Shown one piece after another: positions 13,421 through 25,864 of a stretch of DNA of 64,000 bases. Each line of letters begins with the position of its first letter. The stretch's first letter is position 1. The notes under the pieces were generated by a model. That model ran no database searches. It worked only from the letters and a program-made list of their open reading frames with translations, and was not told the DNA's origin. The translations under genes and the position numbers were made by a program. The stretch covers positions 1-64,000 of the forward strand of contig QPGO01000056.1 of the NCBI GenBank assembly GCA_008632985.1, read 5' to 3'. The stretch comes from Psammoneis japonica (lineage: Eukaryota).

Positions 13421-15479
13421 AAGCCAGCATGAGCACAAGGTCATCATGGCAAAGACCTTTGTCTTGCCCATGATCCTGCTGAGTGCATGCAACACTGATG
13501 GGCATGCTCACAAAGAGCCATTCAGACTCCTCCTCTGAGGGCCCTTGGCTGGCAATGGCAGACACACCACAGGCTTGGACTGGCTTGAGATGCTTGCCTG
13601 CTTGCTTCTTGTTGTTGTCTCCTTTTCTGGGCCTGCACTGTCATCTCTGACACTTCTCAGGGGTGCTGATGCACTGCTTGCCATTTGCTTGTGCAATTTC
13701 CCCACTGGTGTCCTTGTGGTGTGCCAATGGCGGGTCTTCTTGGACTTGTTTCATGTGCAAGCTTTGGAAAGCATCCTGTGCTTCATGCGTTGAAAGAGTG
13801 TTCTGGCTTTTCATCATCTTCCTTGGATCCCTCTTGCCTCTGGTGTTTCTTGGGGGTCCTTCTTGACCTCCTGCTCCTTCTTGCCCTTCTTGATCATCTG
13901 AGGTTTCTTGAGGGCCGTGAGCAAGCTCAGCTTTCAGGGAAGGGATCTTCTCCTTGTTGCTCTTGCTCAGGGCACTCCTCTTCTTCTTCTGAAGGAGATT
14001 CTTGCACTTGTCATTTGCCATGTTCATGAGTTGTGGTGCTGGCACATTCACTGCCATTGTCAGGCTCTTCCTGTGTGCAAGCAGCAACATGCTTGATGGA
14101 GACCTTGTTGGACACAGAGGAGCCAAGTGACCCTTGAACAAATTTGTTGGCAAGTCTTCAGTGGTCTCACCTCATGAGCTGAACACCACCAAGAGGATCA
14201 AGGCACATTTGCTGAACTTTGCAGTGACATGCCCAGTCTTTGGCAAGAACACATCAAGTTTTGCAAGATGGATCTGGTTGTGTGGCATCTGTGCTGAGAT
14301 GCTCTCTTGAAAATGGCCACCTTCAATGACGGGTTTCTAGAGGCATGGCCATCAACCTCATGCTCTTTCTCCCAGGTCCTGCTTGTTTTGTCTTTTGCCT
14401 CCTTAGAGAGTGTCACCATGGCTGCCTTGTGCACCATTCTTGTGTCTTGTGCAGTGCCATTCTGGCCACTGATGTGTGTGTCTCCTCTCTGGTGCTCCAA
14501 CATCTCCAACTCCATCTGCCCACAATCTTCTGGGACATTCTTGAAACCCCCACCACAATGAATGTCTGCTGCTGCTGCTGCTGCTGCTGTGCTGGGTCAC
14601 ATTTGGGATCACGGGCACCCCTCCTTCTCCAGCCCAGCCACGTTCAATGGCTCTGTTTTCCACCACCTCCAGGAGTTGGGATGGGTCCACGCCGGTCCAC
14701 AGAAGAGCACAGCTGAAAGACTCCCGTTCCATGAGCCCATCACTTGGTTTCACTCCAGTGCTGGATCTGTGGCCAACTGCTCTTTCATGTGCTTGAGCTG
14801 GCACATCAGCATGAGTGGTGCTGTGCCTTTGCTCCAAGCTGGCGCTGCTTGTGGAGGAAGTGCTCAACGTCATCTTTGATGCAGAGGAAGAGTGCTCCTG
14901 CAACAACGAACGTCAAAGACAAGTCAAAGAATCAGATCCCAGGGTGGCCAACAGCACCAGGTGCTGGAGTGACTCCAAGGGATTGGTTGTTGCCAAAGTC
15001 ACTCCAAGCAGATTTTGGGAGAAAAGTGTGAAGTGCACAAGAGACACACAAAGAGCTGTGCTTTGGCGGGCGAGAGGGGGCAGCGCAGCCACAGCAGCAT
15101 CTGACCAGGATCTGAGCAGCAGAGGAACACACATGCTCCCCAGCAGCAATGTGGCACCACTCCTTGCAGTGATTGCCTAAGATGCCTGCACCACTTCTTG
15201 CATTGGCTGGGAGCTTTCTCATCTCTTTCAGCGCAGATTGGACAGGAGCTTAATCTCCGGGTTCTCCATAGATGCGAGCTCCATCTCGAGGTCTGGTTCA
15301 ACCAACCAGAGATCTTTGCTTGCAGTTTGCAGGGGGCGAGATTGAAGATGCGTGAGCATTCGTTCAGAATTCAGAATCAAGAGACAAGAGGTGCACTGCA
15401 AGAGTTCGACTCAACGACTTGCTCATTGCTTCTCCACCTTGCTTCTCAACGACTTCCTTTGTGTTTTGAGCCGATCATC

Positions 15480-16238
15480 ATGCCTTCCAGCAGCAGCAGC
15501 AACAATAATAATCCAGCATCTGGTCGTCCTCGCTCCCCCACCGCAGTCGCGTCGACTGTTCATCCATCCGGGTGCACCTGTGGATGCTTGCACGTGGGAT
15601 TTCCGAAGGCAATCTACAGGAACTACAGGGGTGTCGAAACGTTCACGGGTGTCCTCATGCTGGACAGTGAAATGACTCTTTGGAAGTTGAACGACCCCCA
15701 TTACGATTTTGAAGAAGGAGCCACCCTGGCGAGTTTGGCGGGAACAGGACACTTGATGGGACATGACGAGTTCATCATGGAAATGGCATTGTATGATCTC
15801 AAGGATGGGACTCCCTCCTCCACCGTTCCGATCAAGAAGAATATCCCCTTTGTCGATTTCAGTGACAAGCCAGACGATTTCTTGTTCAAAGAGCGCGAGT
15901 TGGAGATCTTTGACGTCAAGTTCCCCCATGGAACTCTCGGGAGAAATTGGGTGATTCCAGAAATTCGCGCAGATGACACTGTCAAAGTTATGGTGAGCAA
16001 GCACATTCACATGGCAGGGCAAAATGCCAATGAACGTTTGTGGGTAAATGTAATTGGGGTGACGAACACGATGCTTGTCGTCGGGTCAATGTCGAATTCT
16101 ATTGAATCGCCTCTCATTCGGGCCACCCAATTCCCCGATGACCTTTCGGAAGATCCGAAATTCAAGGTGAAAGAGGGAGACTTGGTGGCATTTCCAGTGA
16201 CATGCGTCTTGGGGGTGGAGCACGGGGAGAACTGGTAG
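15480..16238 (+). CDS. Hypothetical protein with C-terminal DUF2314/YegJ-like motif
   Basis: Part of ORF 15198..16238; probable start MPSSSSSNNNN at 15480. C-terminus TVKVMV...NERLWVNVIG...VVGSMSNS...KEGDLVAFP matches the pattern of DUF2314-like proteins. Normal codon composition. Confidence 0.6.
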   Translation: MPSSSSSNNNNPASGRPRSPTAVASTVHPSGCTCGCLHVGFPKAIYRNYRGVETFTGVLMLDSEMTLWKLNDPHYDFEEGATLASLAGTGHLMGHDEFIMEMALYDLKDGTPSSTVPIKKNIPFVDFSDKPDDFLFKERELEIFDVKFPHGTLGRNWVIPEIRADDTVKVMVSKHIHMAGQNANERLWVNVIGVTNTMLVVGSMSNSIESPLIRATQFPDDLSEDPKFKVKEGDLVAFPVTCVLGVEHGENW

Positions 16239-17050
16239 AGTTGATCCTTCTTGAATTGGCAAAGGGAAACGTTGGGCAATCATTCAAGGGCCGCTATCGC
16301 ACGAGCGGAGGGGGGGGGTAATCGAGAATCGGGGATGGTGATCTTACAAACTAAATAAAATGTAATTCTATGCGATGTCTATAAGTCTGCAGTGTCCGTT
16401 TTGTGATTTAGCAGCAGGAGGTTTAAAATTCTGAGTGCGGTGAGGGATCGGATGTGCCTTGTGTCCGCTCATGATTTGAAGCTGACGGCATTCCTACTAG
16501 CACAATCAAGGCACCCCGGTGACGTAACTTCCAAAATAGAAGTAGAGAGGAATTTCGTATCATATGTAGCTGTTCCACTAACATCTTCGTTTGTCCAAGG
16601 GATCCAATCTGTTTCTTCATGGTAGGATGATGCCCGGCCCATTTGAAACCAATCTTCTCCAACCGCTGGGCCGCTTGACAGCCATGTCGGAATTGGGTAT
16701 TCTGTGTCCAAAAGTTGCGAGCTCTGTGTACAGAGAGTCTTCGATGTTTTGAAAACTAGCATTCAAACACTACTTTGTGTCTCCATTTGTATCGCTCGCT
16801 GAACTCGCATCAGTGGATAGTCGGCATCAGTACATAGAGCCGAATAATCATAACAGATCGCTGTCGTCTTGGCAAAAGGAGAGATTGAAAAGTCTAAGAA
16901 CATGACCGTTAGAGAGATCCCCAGGCATAATGAAGCATGATTATAGCGTTATTTAGTGTCTCGCACTTCTTTCTGGTCATGGGGAGGAGTCTAGTCAGAA
17001 TTGGCAAAAGGGTGCTGGAGAAGTTGAATATTTGCTACACAACTGGCGCT

Positions 17051-18313
17051 CTAGGGCCTAAGAGCCCTCTTAGCTACGACTAGACCCCTGGTAAGGTAGC
17101 TGAACAATTCGCACCAAAACTGCCCGGCCCTACTTGCGACTGGCCTCGACTCATTGAATAGAGCTATTGATGATGAGTTCATTATCGATCTGGACAACTC
17201 GCGTTTTGTCACAGTATGACGCCTGTTTCGTTCGTTTCTTTCCGTATGCACCCTAACCTTTCTGGGTGCCATGTCCATGAGCTCAAAAATGGAAAAGTCG
17301 TTCCAGTAGAGATTGGCCAGCGTGGAACAGTAGGGGCCGTCCATATTTCGGCCTTCTTGGAAGAACTCGACACATGCAGAGGCCGAGTGAACGCGAAAAT
17401 GAATTGTCACGTGCCGGAGATCCTGCTTTTCACCAAAAAAGACCAACAGTTCTTGGATCCGTTCCGTCCATGGTAACACACGTCCGAGATCCATGCGCTT
17501 CAGCTTGGGACAGGACAACAAAACTGAGATGTTTCAGCACCTTGGTTGGGTCCCAGTCGGATGTGTTGTATCCAGTGAGATTAGTGAACTCAACTCGTTG
17601 AAGATCAGGAAAGCAGTAAAAGATAATAGGGATGAGTAGGGCCCTAGGTCGATACCAGTATCTTCTTCTTTTTCTGCCCAGTCGGCCGTTGGCATTCCAA
17701 TTTCAAGCCATTTTGTGCTACGACTCGGGCAAATTGGAAGGTCAGCAAATATCTCATGAATCAAATCCTCAGGGGTGTTATCAAACTCGAATGTCCCTGC
17801 CAAGCAAGTTTCCACCCAGTCACGGGAAAAGTTGAGTTTTGACAAATGTTGCGGCAAATCAGGAATGGAGGCGAGATTGATGATGTTTTTCTTATCTGCA
17901 CTGCCACCAGGCCGTGTTGTTATCATAAGGTAAGAACCAATCGGGAGTACAGCGCTCATATTCTTCCCAACCGATCACTTGTCCACAATGGGCGCAGCCA
18001 CGATAACCGGACGCATCACTGCAACCTCCTACTCTAGGCTCCCACGTGATGTGGGTGCTGTGCGCAATTGACCGCATGGCAAAAGATCATCGCGGTTCAC
18101 GGCAAACCTACTCGAGCTACCGCTGATCGTGGACTGGGCGTATTTGTGCTGTTGGAAGAGCAGAACAGTGCCTGACGGGGCAGCTTTGCCGCCATCTCGA
18201 CAAGTAAGAATCTCGATTCCTTTGTTGTTGGTTTGGATTAAATCGTGATCCTCTCGGATTTGGACGTCGCGAGAGAGACGATGGCCGCAGGTTCTGCAAT
18301 ATAAATGAGGCAT
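17051..18313 (-). CDS. Yippee/Mis18-like Zn-binding domain fused to an LRR-like C-terminal region; frameshifted in this assembly
   Basis: MPHLYCRTCGHRLS...GCAHCGQVIGWEEY gives two CxxC plus the GW-x-x-Y motif. It is followed by IINLASIPDLPQHLSKLNFS...LQRVEFTNL...CPKLKRMDL...LRHVTI (LRR-like). Stitched from ORFs 18029..18361, 17892..18077, 17534..17959 and 17051..17521. Confidence 0.55.
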
Positions 18314-19052
18314 GAGTGTTTTGGTATAGTTTTTGTTTGAGAGATTAAAACAAAATATCAATCAACATGATCCGTTTTGTTATTCAGAAAACAAACGCTC
18401 TTTCTGCGGGTTCAGTCGCATCTCGTCCCGAAAATTGCCCAAACAGTGTTCCAACATCGCTCCATGGTTTTCCACTTGCCCCACCGCACCAACTTTGATT
18501 GGCGGTTTTCTGTAAAATCGTACGTGATGCTGGCTGGTAAAATTCGAAATGTCATGGTCATATGCTTGACATTGCGGTGATTTCTAAAAGTGAATGACAT
18601 GATGTTTGATGTTTGCAATGAGCAATGAGCGATAACGACTCTAAAAGAGACTTACTCTCGCTTCTCGCTCAAGATAGCATAGGGCCCTACCGGTACCTGG
18701 TACCTGGTATCAGTAGATCTTGATTTATTTTGCGGGACCCGCTCGCCAACCGGGACTGCGAAATATTCGCACGATCAACACGTGCTGACGTATAACATTG
18801 GTAACTCATCAAACCGGAATAAAAATTATAACCAATGAGGTAACGTGGAAGCTGGTATACTTCAACGCACGTAGGATCAATACCATGTCTTTTGTAGCTG
18901 ATCGCGAGGAAAGGTTGGCGTCGGAACATTTTTGAGTCACGCTTCCAACTCTCTTCACAAAAATGCAACGACCGAAGCAGCATCATCATCTTCTGTCGTC
19001 GCGACCATTGTTGTCAACTATTTCAACTTCTTCTGTAAAAGTTTCATAAATC

Positions 19053-19565
19053 ATGAGTGTCACTGAAGATTCACATTCAAACGGAGAAACCACCCTAGGC
19101 CCAATGCCTCCTGAAACGACGAAAGCCCAGTCCGATTCTTCTGACGAGAACGACAAGGGCAATGCGCCTGCCAGAGGCACTCCACAAAACATTCGAGTCA
19201 TTTTTACGGCCCTGTACGGAGACTGCAACAAGCAGTCAGATTCACCCATTGAAAGATCAAAGCTGAGTCGAGCCAAGTCACTTCCCAATGCACTTGGTGG
19301 TCCTAAGAAGCGTTCGAGAAGCAGCGAGCGGCAAAATAATACGCTCCGCAAACGCACCAACCTACGGTCCGACTGCTTCAGCGCAGACAGAAGCGGCTTG
19401 CCACCGTTGATTCATCCCAAATCAGAAAAGACTCGTACAAGACCTAGCAGTCTAGCTGTCCAACACGAAAACTCGGTCAATGTTGGCAAAGATGAAGTTC
19501 CTGAACTCGAGAGCGTTGAAAACGGAGACGACGAATTGTTTGGTCTTGCGTTTGTCGAAGAATAA
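19053..19565 (+). CDS. Hypothetical low-complexity protein (170 aa)
   Basis: Clean ATG-to-TAA ORF in a gene island with ordinary composition; no recognisable domain. Confidence 0.55.
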   Translation: MSVTEDSHSNGETTLGPMPPETTKAQSDSSDENDKGNAPARGTPQNIRVIFTALYGDCNKQSDSPIERSKLSRAKSLPNALGGPKKRSRSSERQNNTLRKRTNLRSDCFSADRSGLPPLIHPKSEKTRTRPSSLAVQHENSVNVGKDEVPELESVENGDDELFGLAFVEE

Positions 19566-19943
19566 ACGGCTGTATTATACTAGCAAACAATGAATCAATC
19601 AAAATGCCTTTCAAAATCCTTCAACTAGCTACTGATTGTACTATTATTCAATTTCCAAGCCTAGTTCTTCTGCTTACTGAGGCATTCCTTGATCGAAACG
19701 GTAACAGGAGAGTGAGAGCGAATCGAAAGCCGAACGCAACGGAACGCCGATATGACCACCAGAGAGTTAAGTCCCGAGTAAAGTAGACGGTAAAGTAGAA
19801 GTAATTGGAACTAGTAAATTCGTCCTGCACATTACCAGTTTTCTTCTATTGTTCAATCAATCCCAAGATAAACAAAGTCTAACAGAATCCGCTCCTCTCT
19901 CTCTCTCTCTCTCCAGACACAACAAGAGATCTTCTTCAATTTC

Positions 19944-22900
19944 CTATAGTGTGAGTCCGGCTTTCGAAAACATTTTCTCAAGACTCGCCAAGAGTTTGGG
20001 ATCACTCTGTGCCCCACTCTGGAGAATGAGCCGCACCTGGTTGGCGTGCGGCGACGATAAGATCCCTGAGATACGTTGCACAAAAAACAGCGTCGGATCG
20101 GCGATATCGGCAAAGGGGTCATGCGCACGTTTCTTGGCAAATTGCAAGCTAGAAAAGGTAGCGTCGTATCCAATGTCATCCACGTCAACGCCTAGAATGT
20201 CGTCATTGTCACGATCGGTCTCAACGGCGGTGGTGGGAGACGCGAGCAGTGTCACAACAATTTTGAGTGTTTCGGCCCAAACCTGCTGGCCATTTTCTTC
20301 GGCCAAGAGACGCTCGGGTGCGTCGCAAAGAAGCTTGGTCAAACCAACCACTTGCACCTTGGCATCCAAGCGCGAAGGAAGATCCTCGGTGAAACGGGGC
20401 AGCCACTTGTGTACAAGGACGTTCAAAGCAAGTTTATCCTGAAGCGCATTGAACTTGTCGAAAAACTCGTTCGGTCCAAACTTGCCTACGAAAAAGGCAA
20501 AATACTGCGTCGCCAAACGGAGATAGCGCTTCTGGTTTTGTTGCAGCAAGCGCGCCGCAATCAACTTGAACACCTCTGACATTTGGGGCTGAAGATTCTC
20601 GTACGGATAATATTCCGTCGCGGATGTGAGCAAGGCGTACGCACTGATTTCGTTGGCCTTGCTGGCGTTGAGCTTTTGAAAAATGCCGAGAACCGGCTCC
20701 AAATATTCCACCAAGTCAGTAGCGCTCTTTTGCAGATATGCCGACAAGAGACGAACCATAGGAGGAACGTTGCCGCCTTTGTGGTCCCACATGTCAGGAC
20801 TCAAGAGCGGCGTAAACAATTCTGTGTAGGCATCTCCAAGTCCAGCCGGACGGTACTCTAGGATCTGCGCAAGCAACTGAAAGACATACGGAGTCAACTC
20901 AGCGACATCCATCTTAAGAACGGTAAAAAGGTGAGTAAACAAGAGCGCTTCAAATGATGCCGTCATGTTGGGATCGGCCGAACAGACGGTTCGGATGAGT
21001 ACCGCAATGGATTCAAACATGTAATGATTGAACTGCGGATTGCGAGGATTCTTTGCCACCCGCTCCAAAGCCGCGGTGAGCCTTTCCAGAACAGTTTGCG
21101 TAATCGGTACAACGTTTTGTTTGGAAACACTGAGGGACCGCATCACACACTTCATGGCGTAGGCGTTCTCGTTGAGCTTGACATTGTCGATAATGCCAAA
21201 GAGAGCGGTGAAGAGCGGCGTGAGGAAAGGCTGAAGATCGGTGGCACCAAACTTGTCCGTGCCGTCTTGGTTCTTGGTGATCAGAATCCTCTCAACCGTA
21301 TAGGCCGCAAAGGTGTGAACCACAATGCTGGGCGAACCCAAGTGCGAGATCAAGAACGGCATCAAGGCGGTTAGCTGCGCCGTTGTAAACTGGTTGCGAA
21401 AGGTGCTGACAAACTTGAGGCACATTGCCTTGACCATGGGACGGGCGGCATGGTTGCTGTCCTGTAGTTCCGGGAGGATATGCGCAGAGAAGAACTCCCC
21501 CACATTGACTTGTTCGTTTACGGACGAAACGCCGCGGTTACTGCTCTCGGCTTCAATGGCAATGCACATCATGATTTGAATCTGTTTGAACGACACGATA
21601 ACGTAAGGTTAGAAAAAGTGCCATACAAAGAGACAATGGAATAACAAGGCACACAGACTGTCGCTTTTGACAGTACAATACTTACAGCCACATCCTTGGA
21701 TTTCCACTGGTTGACCGGATCCGCCGCATACGCGTTCAGCATGGCCCCGACATGCTGAGAACAAATGGCGGTGGTTTCAGCCTTGTGGTGCCTGCACATG
21801 CTTCGAAGCAAATCCTGACTGCACCAACGTCGAGAGTCACTGACCGCTCCTTCAATATCCAATGAAATGAATTCTGCGGGATCGTCCTCAAAGCGCTCCT
21901 CATCTACCTCACGAATCGCCAGATTGGGAATGACAATGCTGGTAATGATTTTCTCGAGTGTGATTTGTTCGACAATGCCTTGTTCGGGTCCGTCTTGATT
22001 CTTGAATAGGTCCTTGTGCATTAGCTTTTGCATGAGCGAACTCAAGAATCGAATAGAAATGGCCGCAAGAGCGTCATGCTTGGGCTTGGAAGACAATGCA
22101 ATCAAGAGTTTCCAAACGAGATCGATAAAGTTCGGGTCATGCCCAACCTGGATATAGTTTGCGATGAATACTTCTTCGTCGAGATCCGCGTGGTGCTTGA
22201 GGTTCTCAATAATGGCGGTTTGGAGTTTATCAACGGGACTGGGCTCGTCATCTTCGTCGTCGTCCACGAGAAGTGGATTCTTGTATTGCAAGAATACGGC
22301 AAAACCCGTCATCCACTCTTTGATGTGGTCCTCAAAGTATTCGGGAAGGTCCTGATATACCAAGGAGTAGTAAATCCGAGCAATAGAGTGCAATATGGAA
22401 AACCGAATCGTCAGCTGCTCTGGATTGTTCGCCAATCCCGCCACAGCTTGTCCCGTCGTCTGAAATAAAGCCAAGATTGGTTCTTGGACGCGTTCCAAAG
22501 AATAGATAAGGACCCTGTAAAGCTCTTCACTCCGCAGCACGTAACGGGAGCGCTTGAAAATCGAGTTCATCGTAATCAGCACGCCATCCACAACGGCGGG
22601 GTTGGGATCGTTGAACCTGCCCACCAAGTCCGCCAAGAGATTGTCCCAGTTTTGAGGAAAATCCACAGCGGCAATCAAACTAATCGCTTCAGAGCACTGT
22701 ACTCTGATTTGAGGCGAAACCGTACACATGAGGTTCACCAGGTGGGTCTTGATTTCAGTGCGGTGTTCCGGCGGGATCTGAATTCCGTCCGACGTGTCCT
22801 GAAGAGCATAGTATGGAAACAAATACATGTAAGAATACGACATAAGTCGATGTTATTGATCAAATTCTGCAGAGTCTTACCTCCCGGTTGACGTCCCATC

Positions 22901-23253
22901 CCTTTTTGACTAAGTTCTTGAAACGAATCGCCGCGGCCTGTTGCACAACAGGGTCCACCCCGTCCGCGGACGCAAAGACCTGCAACACGGATCTGGTATG
23001 ATTTGGAGACTTCAGATCCTGGTTTAGCTGCTGTTCCGCTGTTGATATTGAAAAGAGAGAGAGAGAGAGAGAGAGAGCAACGTTAGCAATACGCAACGTC
23101 AAAATCCATCAGCAGCGAGGGAGAGATTCCGCGTCGCTCGTTCGTTGCGCCGCGCCCTAACTCACCTGCAACACGAATATTGGTATCCGGCGATAGCGTT
23201 TGGGCAATGACAGCCTTGAGTTGGTCGGGCGTAAGTGATGCTGGAGCAGCCAT
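19944..23253 (-). CDS. CSE1: Exportin-2 / importin-alpha re-exporter (CAS), 4 exons, ~998 aa
   Basis: Exons 23253-23166, 23038-22881, 22798-21686 and 21581-19944, all with GT-AG, sum to 2997 nt. Motifs include AEQQL, QAAAIRFKNLVKKGW, DFPQNWDNLL, QDLPEYFEDHI, FEDDPAEFI, NPRNPQFNHYMFES and PYVFQLLAQ. Confidence 0.95.
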
Positions 23254-24165
23254 GGTCACCGCTGTTTTGTCGTTGACTGTTTTGTGTGTTTTGGAGAGGT
23301 GCGCTGAAATCCAAAGCCTTCTACGTAGATTTTGCGTAGAACGCGCGGTTTTTGTACCGGACTACGCCATCTTGAGATTTTTACGGGCAGGGATATGGAA
23401 GTTTGCGTATGTATAGAATTTACTGTGTTCTACATGCGTTATTTGTGATACTATCCCCGCGTGCATAAGTAACGGATACATAAATATTATCTAGAGTAGG
23501 CGTCTCTTCTTATTGATGTCCCCGCGGCCCCCCCACCATGGTGACTTCTTCCGCGTCCGCAGAAGCATCCACACCAGCACGATTGCAACTAACACCAATC
23601 ATGTGCCCATTATAGTCTATATCACCGCACTGTCCAAGAATTCTGAGCTCGCACCGATTGGCAGAGGCCCCTGCCGGCTGTTCCCGCCCATTTTCCGCGG
23701 CGGCATGAGAGCTTGGAGCTCGCTCGTGCTGGGTGGCAGAGGTCCCGCTGCCGCGGTTGTTCCGCCCTTTTTCCGCGGACTTGGACGAACGAAGCCAACT
23801 TTGAAACTCTACGAGTAGAACTGATCCAAGGACGAGTTGTCACTCCAACTCTAAGTTATTTAGTTTTGCAGAAAGAAAGCTTTTTGCGCTTGATACAGGA
23901 ATCCCTACAATAAATTGGTTTGCTCGAAACTCCATCCACGCGAGATTGTGTGGAACAAATTTGACGCGACAGTGCATGGGCATTGGTTCAAGCCAGCAGT
24001 CGCAAAGAGGAACAAGTCCTGCCTCGCTTTGCACCCGATTTCGATTCCGTGTGATCACTGCTGCGACCATGTGCTTTTAGCTGCTCTCTTGCTTCCTACC
24101 TAGCCAGTACTGGTAGGAGACGAGTGGAAAAAAGTCATATTGTCGGATTCCTGTACGTAGGACAT

Positions 24166-24361
24166 CACGCCGAAACGTGACGAAAGGATCGGATCACAAT
24201 GGCGTTCTTCATGTTTTGAAACTCGCAAGACTACAAGTACGGTATGGAATGGATGGCACAACGCACGCCGAAACGTGACGAAAGGATCGGATCACAATGG
24301 CGTTCTTCATGTTTTGAAACTCGCAAGACTACAAGTACGGTATGGAATGGATGGCACAACG
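24166..24361. repeat. Perfect 98-bp tandem duplication (2 copies)
   Basis: cacgccgaaacgtgacgaaagg...gatggcacaacg at 24166-24263 and 24264-24361. CG and TA are fully retained. Confidence 0.9.
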
Positions 24362-24623
24362 AAGGACCCAAACAAGAAGAGGGTGGCTAGGTCAGGCAAG
24401 AAAACGACTATACTTCTTGGCGACATTATTCGATTATAGACTAAAACATCACGTAAGAGCCTCGTACAATAATGTTGTACCGGTAAAAGTATAAACTGGG
24501 TGTCTCGACAACTCGAGAGCGAGACACAGGATTCGAATCTGGAAATTGTTGTATTGTCATTGCGCAGTAGTTTGGTTGCTTCAACCGATAGCGCTCTCTC
24601 CCAATAGCGCTCTCTCTCTCTCT

Positions 24624-25609
24624 CTAGAGCAAGAACCCGCATCGCGAAAAGAACCGGATGTAAATGCCTCGTGTTTGAAAGATGGCATTGAAGATTGCCA
24701 CCAAATATCCTAGTAGGACTTGGATGCAGTGTTCTTGGAAGAGCACCTTCAACACGAGGATAAGAGGGCTCATCACAGGGGTTAGGATAAAGCATGCCAG
24801 AACTGGGGCAATTTCACACTTGAGCTGAAGCATGATGCTCGGGGAAGGATTTAGCAATTGTTCAAGTAGGAGCTTTTCAATAATGAAACGAATGTGTTCC
24901 GCCGTGCAGCTGAACACATTGAGATTGAGTACTAACTCCCAACAGAGAACGTCCCAATGCTCGGGAAAGTCGACCACAGCAATCAGAATTATGGCATCGG
25001 ACAATTCCACTCTTATCTGACGAGGGACTCTACATAGGAGTTTCACAATATGGGCCTTGATGAAGTCTTGGTCCGCTTGTGGTATCACAATACCATCCGA
25101 TTTGTCCTGGAATGAAGGGTGGAATGAATCGATAATATAACGAGTTTGAAGTTTTCATGAAATGATGTGAGGAAGTTTTCAGAGAAAGCCAAAATTCAGC
25201 TCGATCCTGAGCAACATTACTCACCTCACGGTTTTCGTCCCATGCCAGCTGGACGGCCTTCTTGAAGTTTTCCGCTGCTACCAGTCGCTCGGGAAAGTCG
25301 TGTCGTTCCGAGTTCGCTACAATCTCAAAGAGGTTTCTGACACAATGCGGACGAACTGTTTTCTCTTTGAAAACGCGTTCAAATAGGAGGGTACAAAGCA
25401 TAAGAAGTGAGAAATGACTAGAGCAACGCGGTTTCAAACAAATTGTCGCTGTATAACGGTCGAATCCGTCATTGGCCTTGGTGTCGAAAACGGCGCAAAA
25501 CGCGGCGCGCACCGGAACACTCACCATCTAGATAGGCAGTCATATGAGGTGGCACTACCTGCTCAGGATTTGTCTCGGCTCCGTCGGCGCTGAGTTGCGG
25601 CGACGCCAT
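24624..25609 (-). CDS. Truncated CSE1 N-terminal (IBN_N) paralog 1 with novel hydrophobic C-terminus, ~235 aa
   Basis: Predicted exons 25609-25525, 25364-25225 and 25106-24624 (708 nt, in frame). AAENFKKAVQLAWDENRE|DKSDGIVIP...IKAHIVKLLC...DFPEHW aligns with CSE1 and keeps the CSE1 intron-2 position. Confidence 0.75.
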
Positions 25610-25864
25610 GGTGCAACGTCGTTTCAAAAACAACGGAGTTTGAAAATGTGTCGACACGCCGCTCCACATACACACTCAAATTTGAATTCGCGCGCGTTTT
25701 GCCACGGCGCGCAGCGCGCTCTACGGATCTCAGATCACAGACAGTGCCCGGTGAAGAATCTTATGATAGAAGTACCTTAGAGTCTACAGTACCAGGTAGA
25801 AGCATGATCTAGTATGTCAAAGTGCCATCTAGTACTTCTTGTTAGCTAAAATACTTCTACAGTA

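Larger units (their letters stand above)
8580..15200. other. CpG/TpA-depleted degenerate repeat domain B
   Basis: Same dinucleotide signature as domain A. Contains a mutated host-gene copy and TE fragments. Confidence 0.85.

Noticed and set aside
14566..14589. (CTG)n, (CAG)n at ~54300, (AG)n and poly-G microsatellites
   Set aside because: Ordinary short simple repeats.
8580..15200. Classical fungal RIP or simple 5mC decay as the full explanation
   Set aside because: RIP raises TA and lowers CA/TG, the opposite of what is seen. CpG decay alone does not remove TA.
16469..16762. 97-aa minus-strand ORF
   Set aside because: Plausible composition, but no ATG-supported model or recognisable motif.
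23500..24070. Possible interrupted minus-strand gene upstream of CSE1
   Set aside because: Internal stop and no recognisable homology; cannot be supported.
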